Positions 50,058 to 59,814 of a DNA stretch of 64,000 bases are shown piece after piece. A program made the position numbers and the translations under genes. Positions within the stretch are counted from its first letter, which is position 1, and every line of letters begins with the position of its first letter. The stretch covers positions 114,022-178,021 of the forward strand of contig CAVPNL010000002.1 in assembly GCA_963706575.1 (NCBI GenBank), written 5' to 3'. A model generated the notes under the pieces. It was not told where the DNA came from. It ran no database searches and was given only the letters and a program-made list of their open reading frames with translations. Source of the DNA: an uncultured delta proteobacterium (GTDB lineage: Bacteria > Desulfobacterota > Desulfobacteria > Desulfobacterales > JAHEIW01).

Positions 50058-51362
50058 CAAGTAATTTAGCTCCTTGGGCAACGGAACGCCCTTGCCCATT
50101 GTGTCTTCGCCGTAATTCACACTGGCAAGGATTTCAATATCTTTTAAGGTGCGGATATCGCCTTCAAAAATCACCTGTTCGAGTTTTTCCTTTTGGATTT
50201 TGCCGCCGGCCCATTGAAGATCCAGGACACTGCTGGCATCGAATCGATCCGATCCCACGCACAACTCGACCTGCCCGCCATATTGCTGAACAATTTTGGC
50301 GACCAGCAGGCAGGGTCGGCTGTGAAATCCCAATTTTACCGGTACGCCTACCTTAATGGATGAGCGTTCGATATTTTCATTGAGTATTTTCTGAGCCAAT
50401 TCGATTCCGTTGGTTAAAAAGTGGCAGGCGTAAAATAAACCGTAATTTATGGTTCGATCCAGAAGGGTTTTAGGATTAACCAATTTAGACAACCGGATTT
50501 GAACTTTTTTATAAATCGTTTTATATCCAGCCTCATGCAGGTGGCGCTCATAGAAATGAAGCAGGCGTCCCACCATTTGGAGAAGATGCAGAACAACCGA
50601 AAAATTCCCCCTCAGCTGCTTGAGTTCACGATTGCCGAATCTGAATCCCCCGTGGATAACGTAAGTGTCAAAAGAAGATTGCAGGTTGTGCACCAGCATT
50701 TCATAGCGTCTGATTTCAACCTCGTTCAATTGGCTTGGAACAAGGGTCAGGATTTCCTTATACGGATAGGGGTCATAAAACTTTAGCTGATCGAAGCTTT
50801 TGGCGATATTTAAAAATTCACTCGAGATTTTAACAATATTTTTTTTCTGCTGGTCTTTATCTTTATCGTCAATATCATAGTCGAGCATTTGATTGGTCAC
50901 AACACTCGGAAAATCAGCCGGCGCATACTGGGTTTGGGGCATCAGAATATTAAGCCTCTGGGCTTCCTTTAAAATGACCGGTGCCATTTTCATCAGGGCA
51001 GTGTTTAAAAAATCGAGCGTTGTTTCACCTTGTTTCGGGAAATCACCGACATCAGCCAGGTCATAAAATACCAGGCGATTGGATATATGTTTCTGAAAAT
51101 TTGCCGCCAAGCTCAGGTGACGAACAGCCGCGGTTAGCTCCCGATAAAAATACCAGTTCTTGTTGTTTTTGGCGCCATGGAAATCAAGAAAGTCTTCCAG
51201 AAGCAAGGAGCACGACACAAGGGTTGAATAAAGCTTTTGAGTAAAAGCAGCTTTGAACCGGTCAACACCGGAGATGTATATGCAGCATTTTAAGTAATCA
51301 TTTGAAAATATGCGTACCTTTTCGGCAAATAAACCCTCACCATCTGAATCGGTCTTTTTCAT
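50052..51362 (-). CDS. Long protein with a C-terminal HPr-like phosphocarrier domain
   Basis: C-terminal LGFHSRP (His15 equivalent) and DASSVLDL (Ser46 region); N-terminal region of about 330 aa not recognised. Confidence 0.75.
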   Translation of the reverse strand: MKKTDSDGEGLFAEKVRIFSNDYLKCCIYISGVDRFKAAFTQKLYSTLVSCSLLLEDFLDFHGAKNNKNWYFYRELTAAVRHLSLAANFQKHISNRLVFYDLADVGDFPKQGETTLDFLNTALMKMAPVILKEAQRLNILMPQTQYAPADFPSVVTNQMLDYDIDDKDKDQQKKNIVKISSEFLNIAKSFDQLKFYDPYPYKEILTLVPSQLNEVEIRRYEMLVHNLQSSFDTYVIHGGFRFGNRELKQLRGNFSVVLHLLQMVGRLLHFYERHLHEAGYKTIYKKVQIRLSKLVNPKTLLDRTINYGLFYACHFLTNGIELAQKILNENIERSSIKVGVPVKLGFHSRPCLLVAKIVQQYGGQVELCVGSDRFDASSVLDLQWAGGKIQKEKLEQVIFEGDIRTLKDIEILASVNYGEDTMGKGVPLPKELNYLK

Positions 51363-51397
51363 AGACGGTCGTTATTCCTCTTCTGGCCGGAATGGGT

Positions 51398-51781
<384 letters not shown>

Positions 51782-51795
<14 letters not shown>

Positions 51796-52519
51796 TCTTT
51801 TCGTCTTTCCAGTAAATAATTCGATCACAAATCGGACATTTTTTCAAACTGTCGCCGCGCTGTAATTCATTGTACATCTGAGGAGGAATATTCATGTTGC
51901 AGCCCTGGCATACAGCGTCTATAACAGCAACGATGCCAATCGCATTGCTTTGAAGTGATTTTACCTTGTTATAGGTGGCAAGCAGGCTGGCATCGATACC
52001 CGCGGCAACTTTTTTCAGCTGCGCATCCAGGTTTTCGAGTTGGCGCTTTCCCTCCTCGGTTTCTTTTTGAATGGTTTCTTTTTCATTATTCAATCGGGTT
52101 TGAAGCTCAGAATATTCGGTTATTTTTGAATTAAGGGTATTTTCAGCATCTTCAACACGATCCAGAAATTCAATCATATCATCTTCTAATTTTGAATTTT
52201 TTTCTTTAATATCATCTATTTCCTTTAAAAATGCTTGATACTCTTTGTTGGTCTTTACCGAACTGAGTTTGGCCTCGCTTTTCTTAATCGCGTCAAGATT
52301 CATGCGCACATCTGTTTCATATTCGCGGTACTTCTGGTTCAGCTCAGTAATCACGGATTCCTGTTTTTCGATCACCTGTTTAAAATCACCCAGGCGGTCA
52401 TCAAGCTTTCCCAGGCGCTGGTCAACATTGCTTATTTTTGTTTTAACGCTACTGGTCTCAATTTCGACCCGTTGCAGATTTACGAGAGAAATAATTTGTT
52501 CCTTGGTCACATTTGGCAT
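51782..52519 (-). CDS. Coiled-coil protein with a C4-type zinc ribbon (zf-RING_7/DUF164 type)
   Basis: Long coiled coil, KTNKEY, CQGC...PPQ...CPIC.RI. Confidence 0.88.
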
Positions 52520-52543
52520 GGGCTCTTGTCCTGTCCTTAGAAT

Positions 52544-53389
52544 CTATATAATCTTGAAAGGATCTTTTTCAATGGTGCAGGCCATGATTTCAGCCTTAAT
52601 TCCGGCCTTGGAGATTATGCTTTTCAGTTGTTGCGCAAGTGCGTCGATCATAAGGTGTTCAGATGGAAAATGCCCGATGTCGATAATACCGCGATTTGCG
52701 GTTTCCGCTTCGCGGGCGTCATGATAGTGGATATCTCCGCTGATGTAAGCCTGGGCTTTTGAAGCTAAAAAAGCCTGCATCAGGCTCGACCCGCTGCCGC
52801 TGCAGATTGCCACCCGCTTGACCTTCATTTCAAGATCTCCGGCAACTTTAATAAAATCAAGTTTGATTTTCTTTTTAACCATTGAAACAAGAGATTTCAA
52901 GCTGCCGGCTTTGGCAAGTGAACCGATTCTTCCAATCCCGTATTCCGCCTGGCTGTCCGTCCAAGGTGCAACGTCCTCTTTAGTCCGTTCCCCCACCTTG
53001 ACCGGATGCAGTACGGACAGATTCCGCAGCCCCAGCTGCTGTGCCAGAACATCATTGACGCCGTTGCGCACGATGTCAAGATTCGTATGAGCTGAAAAAA
53101 TTGCCAGTTGGTTACGTGCCGCCATCTGGATAATGCATCCGCCAGGAGTGTCAAAATCAATGGATTTCAGGGGCCTGAAAATCAAAGGATGATGCGTAAT
53201 CAACAAATCAACATTTTTTTGGCAAGCCGCTTTGACCACTTCCGGGCTCGGATCCAGTGCGACCCATATGCGCCGCACAGACTGACGCGGATCTCCGATC
53301 TGAAGCCCGACATTGTCCCATTCCTCCGCCAGCAACGGGGGGGCCAACTGGTTCATAATCTCTATGATTTTGGCTACGGTTGTACCCAT
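52544..53389 (-). CDS. Nif3-like dinuclear metal centre protein
   Basis: WDNVGLQIG, THHPLIF, HTNLD, CSGSG, GHFPSE. Confidence 0.92.
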   Translation of the reverse strand: MGTTVAKIIEIMNQLAPPLLAEEWDNVGLQIGDPRQSVRRIWVALDPSPEVVKAACQKNVDLLITHHPLIFRPLKSIDFDTPGGCIIQMAARNQLAIFSAHTNLDIVRNGVNDVLAQQLGLRNLSVLHPVKVGERTKEDVAPWTDSQAEYGIGRIGSLAKAGSLKSLVSMVKKKIKLDFIKVAGDLEMKVKRVAICSGSGSSLMQAFLASKAQAYISGDIHYHDAREAETANRGIIDIGHFPSEHLMIDALAQQLKSIISKAGIKAEIMACTIEKDPFKII

Positions 53390-53422
53390 GGCTTCTCACC
53401 GTTATAAATTTAAGAAACAAAA

Positions 53423-53450
53423 ATGGCGTGGTTCCTTAGCCCCACGCCAT
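53423..53450 (-). terminator. Terminator-like hairpin between the tRNA and nif3
   Basis: ATGGCGTGG/CCACGCCAT stem followed by a T-run on the minus strand. Confidence 0.55.
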
Positions 53451-53599
53451 TCAAAAAACACAAACCGCATCCGGTTTGCATCTTTGCGGTTTTGCCAAAA
53501 CCGCAAGCTGTTTTCGTTTAGCATTCGATAAACGATTTCTTCCGTTAGTTGAAGAATTAACGCTTTTTTCTGTTTGAACCATTTCTTGAAAATAAGTCA

Positions 53600-53672
53600 T
53601 GGGCCCACCTGGGATCGAACCAGGGACCTACCGGTTATGAGCCGGTGGCTCTACCAACTGAGCTATGGGCCC
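53600..53672 (-). tRNA. tRNA with CAT anticodon, most likely tRNA-Ile2 (lysidine); CCA not encoded
   Basis: GGGCCCATAGCTCAGTTGGTAGAGCCACCGGCTCATAACCGGTAGGTCCCTGGTTCGATCCCAGGTGGGCCCA cloverleaf; G1-C72 pair (not initiator); directly after rpoD. Confidence 0.93.
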
Positions 53673-53679
53673 CCAAGAA

Positions 53680-55752
53680 TTAAGTTTCAATAAAATTTTT
53701 CAGCTTCCGGCTGCGAGTGGGATGGCGCAGCTTCCGCAAAGCTTTGGCTTCTATTTGCCGGATTCTTTCTCGTGTCACCGCAAAATCCTGTCCGACTTCT
53801 TCAAGGGTATGGTCGGCCTTTTCCCCTATGCCGAAGCGCATGCGCAGAACCTTTTCTTCACGCGGGGTCAGTGTGGCCAGGACTTTCCGGGTTTGCTCTG
53901 CGAGATTCAAATTTACGGCTGCATCCGATGGCAGCATAAATTTTTTATCTTCAATAAAATCTCCCAGATGGCTATCTTCTTCTTCACCAATCGGCGTTTC
54001 AAGTGAAATCGGTTCACGGGCGATTTTTAAAACCTTGCGCACCTTTTCTAAGGGTATCTCCATTTTTTCAGCTATTTCCTCTGGAGTGGGTTCGCGCCCC
54101 TGCTCCTGCACCAGATACCGTGAGGTGCGGATAAGCTTATTGATGGTTTCGATCATGTGCACGGGGATCCGTATCGTTCTGGCCTGATCCGCAATCGCCC
54201 GGGTGATCGCCTGTCGAATCCACCAGGTAGCGTAAGTGCTGAATTTATAACCGCGGCGGTATTCAAACTTATCCACGGCTTTCATCAATCCGATATTTCC
54301 TTCTTGAATTAGATCCAGAAACTGTAATCCACGATTGGTATATTTTTTGGCGATACTGACAACCAGCCGCAAATTTGCCTTTGTCAATTCGCTTTTGGCC
54401 AATTTGGCCTTAAAACGTCCCTCTGCAACGGCAGACATCACCCGCTTGAGCTTAGTGCTGGAAGCTTTTAATTCATATTCCCTTTTCTGGACACCCTCTT
54501 TAACTTTCTTTAACTCTTTGTGTAAAGTACCTAATTGTTCTTTTGCCAAATCGCAACGCGGAGCGGCCCATTTAAGGAATTTGGTTTTGGTATTTAAATG
54601 CTCCCGGAGTTCTTTGACGGATGTATCTACAATAACCGCACCTCTGCTGAACAGTTTATTCATTTCATTAAACCATTGAATTTCATCGCGGATGTGCCCT
54701 TCGATGCCATCGATAACATTGGCCTCGAGGCGCCAGTCCTTCAGCAGATTAAATATTTTATCGATTCGTTGCGTAATGTTTCGTTTGAGCTTTCTTTGTT
54801 CTTCCTGATCTAATTTAGCTGAAAATAATTGCTCCCGCATTTCTCCGTTTTCGGCATGCAACTTTTTAATCGTTCGAATCGTGGATAGAAACTTCTCCAT
54901 CTGGGCCATTTCATCTACATAGGTATCACCTTCGTCGATATCTCTAAATACATGCTTGGGACGAATGCTTTCATTCTCAATTTCTTCACCGAGCATGATG
55001 ATACTTTCTGCACCGACGATCGTTTCAAGAAGGGCGTGCAATACTTCCTGTTCCCCGGCCTCGATTTTTTTGGCGATCTCGACTTCGCCTTCGCGACTGA
55101 GAAGCGTCACCAGCCCCATTTCACGCAGATACATTTTCACCGGATCCGTCACCGTACCGAAATCCGTATCCGAAATCCCTTTGGTTAGCGGCTTTTTTTC
55201 TTTTTTCTTTTTCTTGGTGATCAGTTTGTTTTTCGTTTTCTCATCGACGACTTCGATTTCGTTTTCGTCGAACATGATAAGAGTTTCATCGATTTGTTCG
55301 GGAGACAGCATTTCTGCAGGTAACAATTCATTGATTTCGTTGTAGCTTAAATATCCCTGTTTCTTGCCCTTGGCCAGCAATTTCTTAATGGCTTTCTTGG
55401 TCTTTGTCCCGGCCTTTTGGGTTGTTGGGCTGGCTTTTGTTGCCGCTGCGTTAGCCTTTTTTGAGGATGCCCTGACCTTTTTTGCCTTCACGCCGGTCTT
55501 TTTGGCTGCAGCGGTTGGTTTCGAAGTTGCCTTTGGCTTTCTCGTCGTCGTTTTGGTTTTCACTGTGGTCGCCTTGGATGTCTTTGTTTTTCCCCGGGTC
55601 TTCTTTGCCGCAACTCGAGGCTTTTTAGTCTTTTTTGGAGCTGTCTTTACGCCTACTTTTTTCTTTGTGCTTTTAGCGCGATTTGGTTTTGCTGCAACTT
55701 TTTTTGCAGGCTTTATAGCGCTTTCCTTTTTTTTAGCAGATTTCTTAGCCAT
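53680..55752 (-). CDS. rpoD: RNA polymerase primary sigma factor with a Lys/Ala-rich N-terminal extension
   Basis: [56 protein letters not shown]. Confidence 0.97.
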   Translation of the reverse strand: MAKKSAKKKESAIKPAKKVAAKPNRAKSTKKKVGVKTAPKKTKKPRVAAKKTRGKTKTSKATTVKTKTTTRKPKATSKPTAAAKKTGVKAKKVRASSKKANAAATKASPTTQKAGTKTKKAIKKLLAKGKKQGYLSYNEINELLPAEMLSPEQIDETLIMFDENEIEVVDEKTKNKLITKKKKKEKKPLTKGISDTDFGTVTDPVKMYLREMGLVTLLSREGEVEIAKKIEAGEQEVLHALLETIVGAESIIMLGEEIENESIRPKHVFRDIDEGDTYVDEMAQMEKFLSTIRTIKKLHAENGEMREQLFSAKLDQEEQRKLKRNITQRIDKIFNLLKDWRLEANVIDGIEGHIRDEIQWFNEMNKLFSRGAVIVDTSVKELREHLNTKTKFLKWAAPRCDLAKEQLGTLHKELKKVKEGVQKREYELKASSTKLKRVMSAVAEGRFKAKLAKSELTKANLRLVVSIAKKYTNRGLQFLDLIQEGNIGLMKAVDKFEYRRGYKFSTYATWWIRQAITRAIADQARTIRIPVHMIETINKLIRTSRYLVQEQGREPTPEEIAEKMEIPLEKVRKVLKIAREPISLETPIGEEEDSHLGDFIEDKKFMLPSDAAVNLNLAEQTRKVLATLTPREEKVLRMRFGIGEKADHTLEEVGQDFAVTRERIRQIEAKALRKLRHPTRSRKLKNFIET

Positions 55753-55922
55753 AAAATCTTGCCCTCCAGAAAAATCGAATATTCAGTCTCGCCTTGTCGG
55801 CGGATATCATTGCTTAAATTGAGCGTTTCAAAATTTAAAGACTGGGAAAAACGAATGGTTTATAAAATCTATAGTTTAATTGGGCATAGTCAAGCCCGGA
55901 CCGCCGAAAAATTTCTTGACTG

Positions 55923-57734
55923 TTATGCCAGTCGCTGGTTTTGGCTACGCACAGCAAGTTTTTGTTTTTCTCTTAATAACCGAATCAGTGTTTCCTGGTC
56001 ATTTTCTTTTTCAGCAGCCTTGATCTGGTCAAGAATCTGATGATCGCGTCGTTTTTGACCGTTTTTAACAAATTGAATAATCAACTTCATGCATCCGCTT
56101 TCATCCCAGGATTCTTCAACTAATGCCAGGGCCGATATCAGACGCTGCTGTTTAGGATTTTCAACATGGTTTAATATCTCGGAAATTTGTTGAACTGAAG
56201 ATAACTGGTGTTCTAAAATGGTCTTGCCAATAGCTCGTAAATCGCTGTTTTCAACGAATTCGATGACATTATATTTTTTAATTTCTGGCAAAATGGCGGG
56301 AAACTGAAGCATCATGGCAATAATTTGCTGCTCTATCCGGCTTCCCTTTATATCTGCGCTGTCTTTTTGCCTGGGAATACCCTTTTTTTCTTTTTCTGAA
56401 GAGTCTTTCCGAATCTCTTCCAGGATAATATTTTCTTCAAGACCTATCCGCTCGGCGAGCTGCTTGATGTATAACGACCTGGCGACATTATCGTTGATGG
56501 CCGCCAGAGGACGTTTCAAATTGGTAACAATCCGAATTTTTCCCTCCGTCGAAAGCCCGTGCATATCGATAGACTGCTCAATCAAAAAAGAAATAATACC
56601 CGGTGCCTGGCTGGCTGCTTTCTCAAACGGCCCGGCTCCTTTTTCGCGCAAATATGAATCCGGATCATGTCCATCCGGCAATACAAGGATATGGGTGTCT
56701 GCTTTTTCTTCACGGAATACATCGCCCCGGCTGAAGTCCACATGTTCCTTCCAAAAGGTGTCGATACAGCGCAATGCGGATCGAATCCCGGCTTCGTCTG
56801 AGTCATAGACCAGGATCATGCGCGGGACGTATCGGCTCAGCATGCGCACATGATCCGCCGTCAGTGCCGTTCCCAGAGTTGCAACCGCATTTTCAATGCC
56901 GTGCTGGTGAAGGGACAACAAATCAAGGTAGCCTTCAACGATATAAACAGCTTGGGCTTTACGGCAACTGTCTTTTGAAAGATGGAGCCCGTATAAAGAG
57001 CGACTTTTGTTGTAAACGGAGGTTTCGGGGGAATTAAGATATTTGGGCAACGAATCATCGGTTACCCTGCCCCCGAACCCGATCACGGCTTGATTAACAT
57101 CAATGATGGGGAATATAATTCTATCCCGGAAACGGTCATAATAGCCGTGCCCATCCTTCTTAGGTAAAATCAGCCCTGAGCGTTCGATCCGCGCAAGCGG
57201 CATGCCTCTTTTTGAAAAAAAATTTAATAAATAATCCCATCCCTTGGGTGCATAACCAATGTTAAAGCGGTCGATGATGGTCGCTGACAGGCCTCTTTTG
57301 TTCAGATATGCCATCGCCGCGTGGCCGCCGGGGCCATGGCGCAGCGACCGAGTGTAAAAATCCATCGCCTGCCGATTGATATTGAGCAGGCTTTCTCTTT
57401 CACTCATTCGCTTTTTCTGTTCGGGGGTTAGACTGCGGCGGGGAATATCAATACCATATCTTCGGGCCAGCGACCGCGCCGCCTCCGGGAACGCCAGGCC
57501 GTCATTTTTCATCAAAAAGTTGAATACATTTCCGCCGGCGCCGCAACCAAAACAATAAAATATTTGTTTTTCAGGGCTGACGGTGAATGAAGGTGTTTTT
57601 TCAGTATGAAACGGGCATAATCCGACAAAATTTTTCCCTGTTTTTTTCAAATGGACAACTTCTGATACCATTTCAACAATATCAGCTGCGTTTTTTATTT
57701 CTAAAATCTTATCTTCAGGGATAAAAATTGCCAA
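55923..57734 (-). CDS. dnaG: DNA primase
   Basis: CPFH...CFGC zinc finger, KYLNSPET, EGYLD, YDSDEAG, DPD; GGAGG RBS before TTG 57734. Confidence 0.96.
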   Translation of the reverse strand: MAIFIPEDKILEIKNAADIVEMVSEVVHLKKTGKNFVGLCPFHTEKTPSFTVSPEKQIFYCFGCGAGGNVFNFLMKNDGLAFPEAARSLARRYGIDIPRRSLTPEQKKRMSERESLLNINRQAMDFYTRSLRHGPGGHAAMAYLNKRGLSATIIDRFNIGYAPKGWDYLLNFFSKRGMPLARIERSGLILPKKDGHGYYDRFRDRIIFPIIDVNQAVIGFGGRVTDDSLPKYLNSPETSVYNKSRSLYGLHLSKDSCRKAQAVYIVEGYLDLLSLHQHGIENAVATLGTALTADHVRMLSRYVPRMILVYDSDEAGIRSALRCIDTFWKEHVDFSRGDVFREEKADTHILVLPDGHDPDSYLREKGAGPFEKAASQAPGIISFLIEQSIDMHGLSTEGKIRIVTNLKRPLAAINDNVARSLYIKQLAERIGLEENIILEEIRKDSSEKEKKGIPRQKDSADIKGSRIEQQIIAMMLQFPAILPEIKKYNVIEFVENSDLRAIGKTILEHQLSSVQQISEILNHVENPKQQRLISALALVEESWDESGCMKLIIQFVKNGQKRRDHQILDQIKAAEKENDQETLIRLLREKQKLAVRSQNQRLA

Positions 57735-57913
57735 AGACAGCAACCTCCATAATTAATGGAACAGGGAAGATACAAATACACGGAAGGATCTTAGATGGAA
57801 TGAAGCGTTTCAAATTTCACAATTGTCCGGCTTGCTAATTTGAATTGCCCTGAAAAATTTACCATAAGTATGAATACTTATGGCTCCCCTGTATAAGAAA
57901 TTGTTAAACGGAC

Positions 57914-57942
57914 AACATAATTTGATCTTAAAGATTTGTCAA
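57914..57942 (-). promoter_or_regulatory. Putative sigma70 promoter for dnaG-rpoD
   Basis: Minus strand TTGACA-17 nt-TATGTT. Confidence 0.55.
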
Positions 57943-57966
57943 GAAAATTTTAAGCCCGGGTCTGAT

Positions 57967-58710
57967 TTAATCGACATCGGAATTCGGGTGCAGCTTTAAA
58001 TCCAATGCCGCTTTCAAGTCCAGTGCGCCGCTGTACAATGCCTTTCCGATGATAACGCCGATCACCCCTGACTCCTGAAGCGGCAACAAAGCCTGCACGT
58101 CCTTAATCGATGAAACCCCGCCGGATGCCACTACCGGGATCGACACGGCTTCGGCCAAACGCCGGGTAGCCTCGATATTCGGACCGCTCTGCATGCCATC
58201 GCGCTGGATGTCGGTAAAATTAATGGCAGCAACGCCACAATCTTCGAACTCCCGGGCCAGGTCAATCGCATCGACCCGGGTGGTCTGAGTCCATCCGTCG
58301 ATCGCTACTTTTCCATTACGCGCATCAATGCCCACCACGACCTGCTGCGGATGGGTTCTACAGACCTTTTTGACAAACGCCGGCTTTTTTATGGCTTCGG
58401 TGCCGATAATAACGCGTTTGACGCCCATATCCAGGTATCGGTCTACGGTTTCTTCGTTGCGAATTCCGCCTCCCAGTTGAATCGGCACATTGACAGCTTC
58501 TAATATTTTCCGGATGGATGCCATATTTTGCGGACTTTTGGCAAAGGCCCCATCCAGGTCGATGACATGAATCATAGGGGCACCGAGCCCGGCCCATTTT
58601 GCCGCCATCGCTTCCGGATCATCCGAATAGACGGTTTCGTCTTGCATGCGTCCCTGAAGCAGCCGGACACATTTTCCATTTTTAATATCGACAGCCGGGA
58701 TAATAATCAT
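57967..58710 (-). CDS. hisA: ProFAR isomerase
   Basis: IIPAVD...CVRL.QG, HVIDLDGA, GGGIR, TDIQRDG, ASGGV. Confidence 0.96.
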   Translation of the reverse strand: MIIIPAVDIKNGKCVRLLQGRMQDETVYSDDPEAMAAKWAGLGAPMIHVIDLDGAFAKSPQNMASIRKILEAVNVPIQLGGGIRNEETVDRYLDMGVKRVIIGTEAIKKPAFVKKVCRTHPQQVVVGIDARNGKVAIDGWTQTTRVDAIDLAREFEDCGVAAINFTDIQRDGMQSGPNIEATRRLAEAVSIPVVASGGVSSIKDVQALLPLQESGVIGVIIGKALYSGALDLKAALDLKLHPNSDVD

Positions 58711-58715
58711 GGTGT

Positions 58716-58818
58716 GGTATTTCGTGTTTGGTGTTTAGTGTTTAAAATATCGTCTATTCTGCAAAATACGATATAATAATTTAATTAAAATACAAATTAT
58801 TAAACACCAAAAACTAAA
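58716..58818. repeat. Degenerate inverted heptamer array (GTGTTTx/xAAACAC) between hisB and hisA
   Basis: GGTATTTCGTGTTTGGTGTTTAGTGTTTA ... AAATAC...TAAACACCAAAAACTAAA. Confidence 0.55.
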
Positions 58819-59401
58819 GTTTTCCTTTAGATGAACGAACATCCTTGATTCGTTCATCCATGGCAACAGCCTGATCTAAGGCTCTGCCAAGCGCCTTGAA
58901 CATGGATTCAATGATATGGTGTTCATTGTCACCGTAGGAAATATTAATATGAAGATTTAAACCGCCTCGATTTACAAAAGCCCTGAAAAATTCTTTTGCC
59001 AAAGAGACGTTAAAACCCGTTGCTGAAGTTTTTATAACGGGGACATGGTAAGCCAAAAAAGGGCGCTTCGACAAATCGACGGTAACGGCAGCCAGGGCGT
59101 CATCCATCGGTGTCACGGCATGGCCGAATCGTTTAATGCCTTTGCGGTTTCCAAGAGCTTGATCAAAGGCATCGCCCAGCACAAGACCCACATCTTCAAC
59201 CGTGTGGTGAAAATCAACCTCCAGGTCGCCTTTGGCCTTTACGACCAGATCAAAAAAGCCGTGGACGGCTAGCAGAATAAGCATATGATCAAAAAAAGGG
59301 ATACCGGTTGATATCTCAGCCTGACCGCTGCCATTCAACTTCAGGCTGACACGAATTGCAGTCTCTTTGGTCTTGCGCTCAACTTCGGCTGTGGTTTCCA
59401 T
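58814..59401 (-). CDS. hisB: Imidazoleglycerol-phosphate dehydratase
   Basis: RKTKET, FFDHML, DFHHTVED, NEHHIIE, SSKG. Confidence 0.96.
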   Translation of the reverse strand: METTAEVERKTKETAIRVSLKLNGSGQAEISTGIPFFDHMLILLAVHGFFDLVVKAKGDLEVDFHHTVEDVGLVLGDAFDQALGNRKGIKRFGHAVTPMDDALAAVTVDLSKRPFLAYHVPVIKTSATGFNVSLAKEFFRAFVNRGGLNLHINISYGDNEHHIIESMFKALGRALDQAVAMDERIKDVRSSKGKL

Positions 59402-59619
59402 AAAATATAACCTCTTGTTTTTAAATAACAAACCGTTTTAAACGTGAAAAAAAAATCATTTGTGATTCCAGGTCACAAGCACTTTCCGTCCGTCGAAACT
59501 CAAAGGCATCATAATCAAATTCTTTAAGAAATGCAATCGTTTATATCATTTTTCGTGAATTGCCGCACACAGACCAGCATGCTTATCTTTTCCAGATGAA
59601 ACCCTTTTGTTAAATGGCC

Positions 59620-59652
59620 CAAAAAAGGGTGGCCCATCGAAATGAACCACCC
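59620..59652 (-). terminator. Rho-independent terminator downstream of the etf cluster
   Basis: Minus strand GGGTGGTTCAT-TTCG-ATGGGCCACCC-TTTTTT. Confidence 0.65.
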
Positions 59653-59814
59653 GTTGAAAGGAGGTCAGAATGAAGCACTATGACGTACTTACTCTGAGAC
59701 ATCCTGGACGAATCCAGGCTGCCACTTTACAGAACCATTTTAAGGTTAAAAGTTACAATTTTTTGGGAAATTGTGAAACCAAGACTGCCGGAACTCGGAT
59801 AAATGAACAGCCGC

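Noticed and set aside
53600..53672. Initiator tRNA-fMet
   Set aside because: G1-C72 is paired and the anticodon stem lacks three consecutive G-C pairs. Elongator Met is not strictly excluded.
59460..59478. CRP- or Rex-type site TTGTGA-N7-TCACAA upstream of hisB
   Set aside because: The spacing is one base longer than the usual N6, and the factor cannot be assigned from one site.
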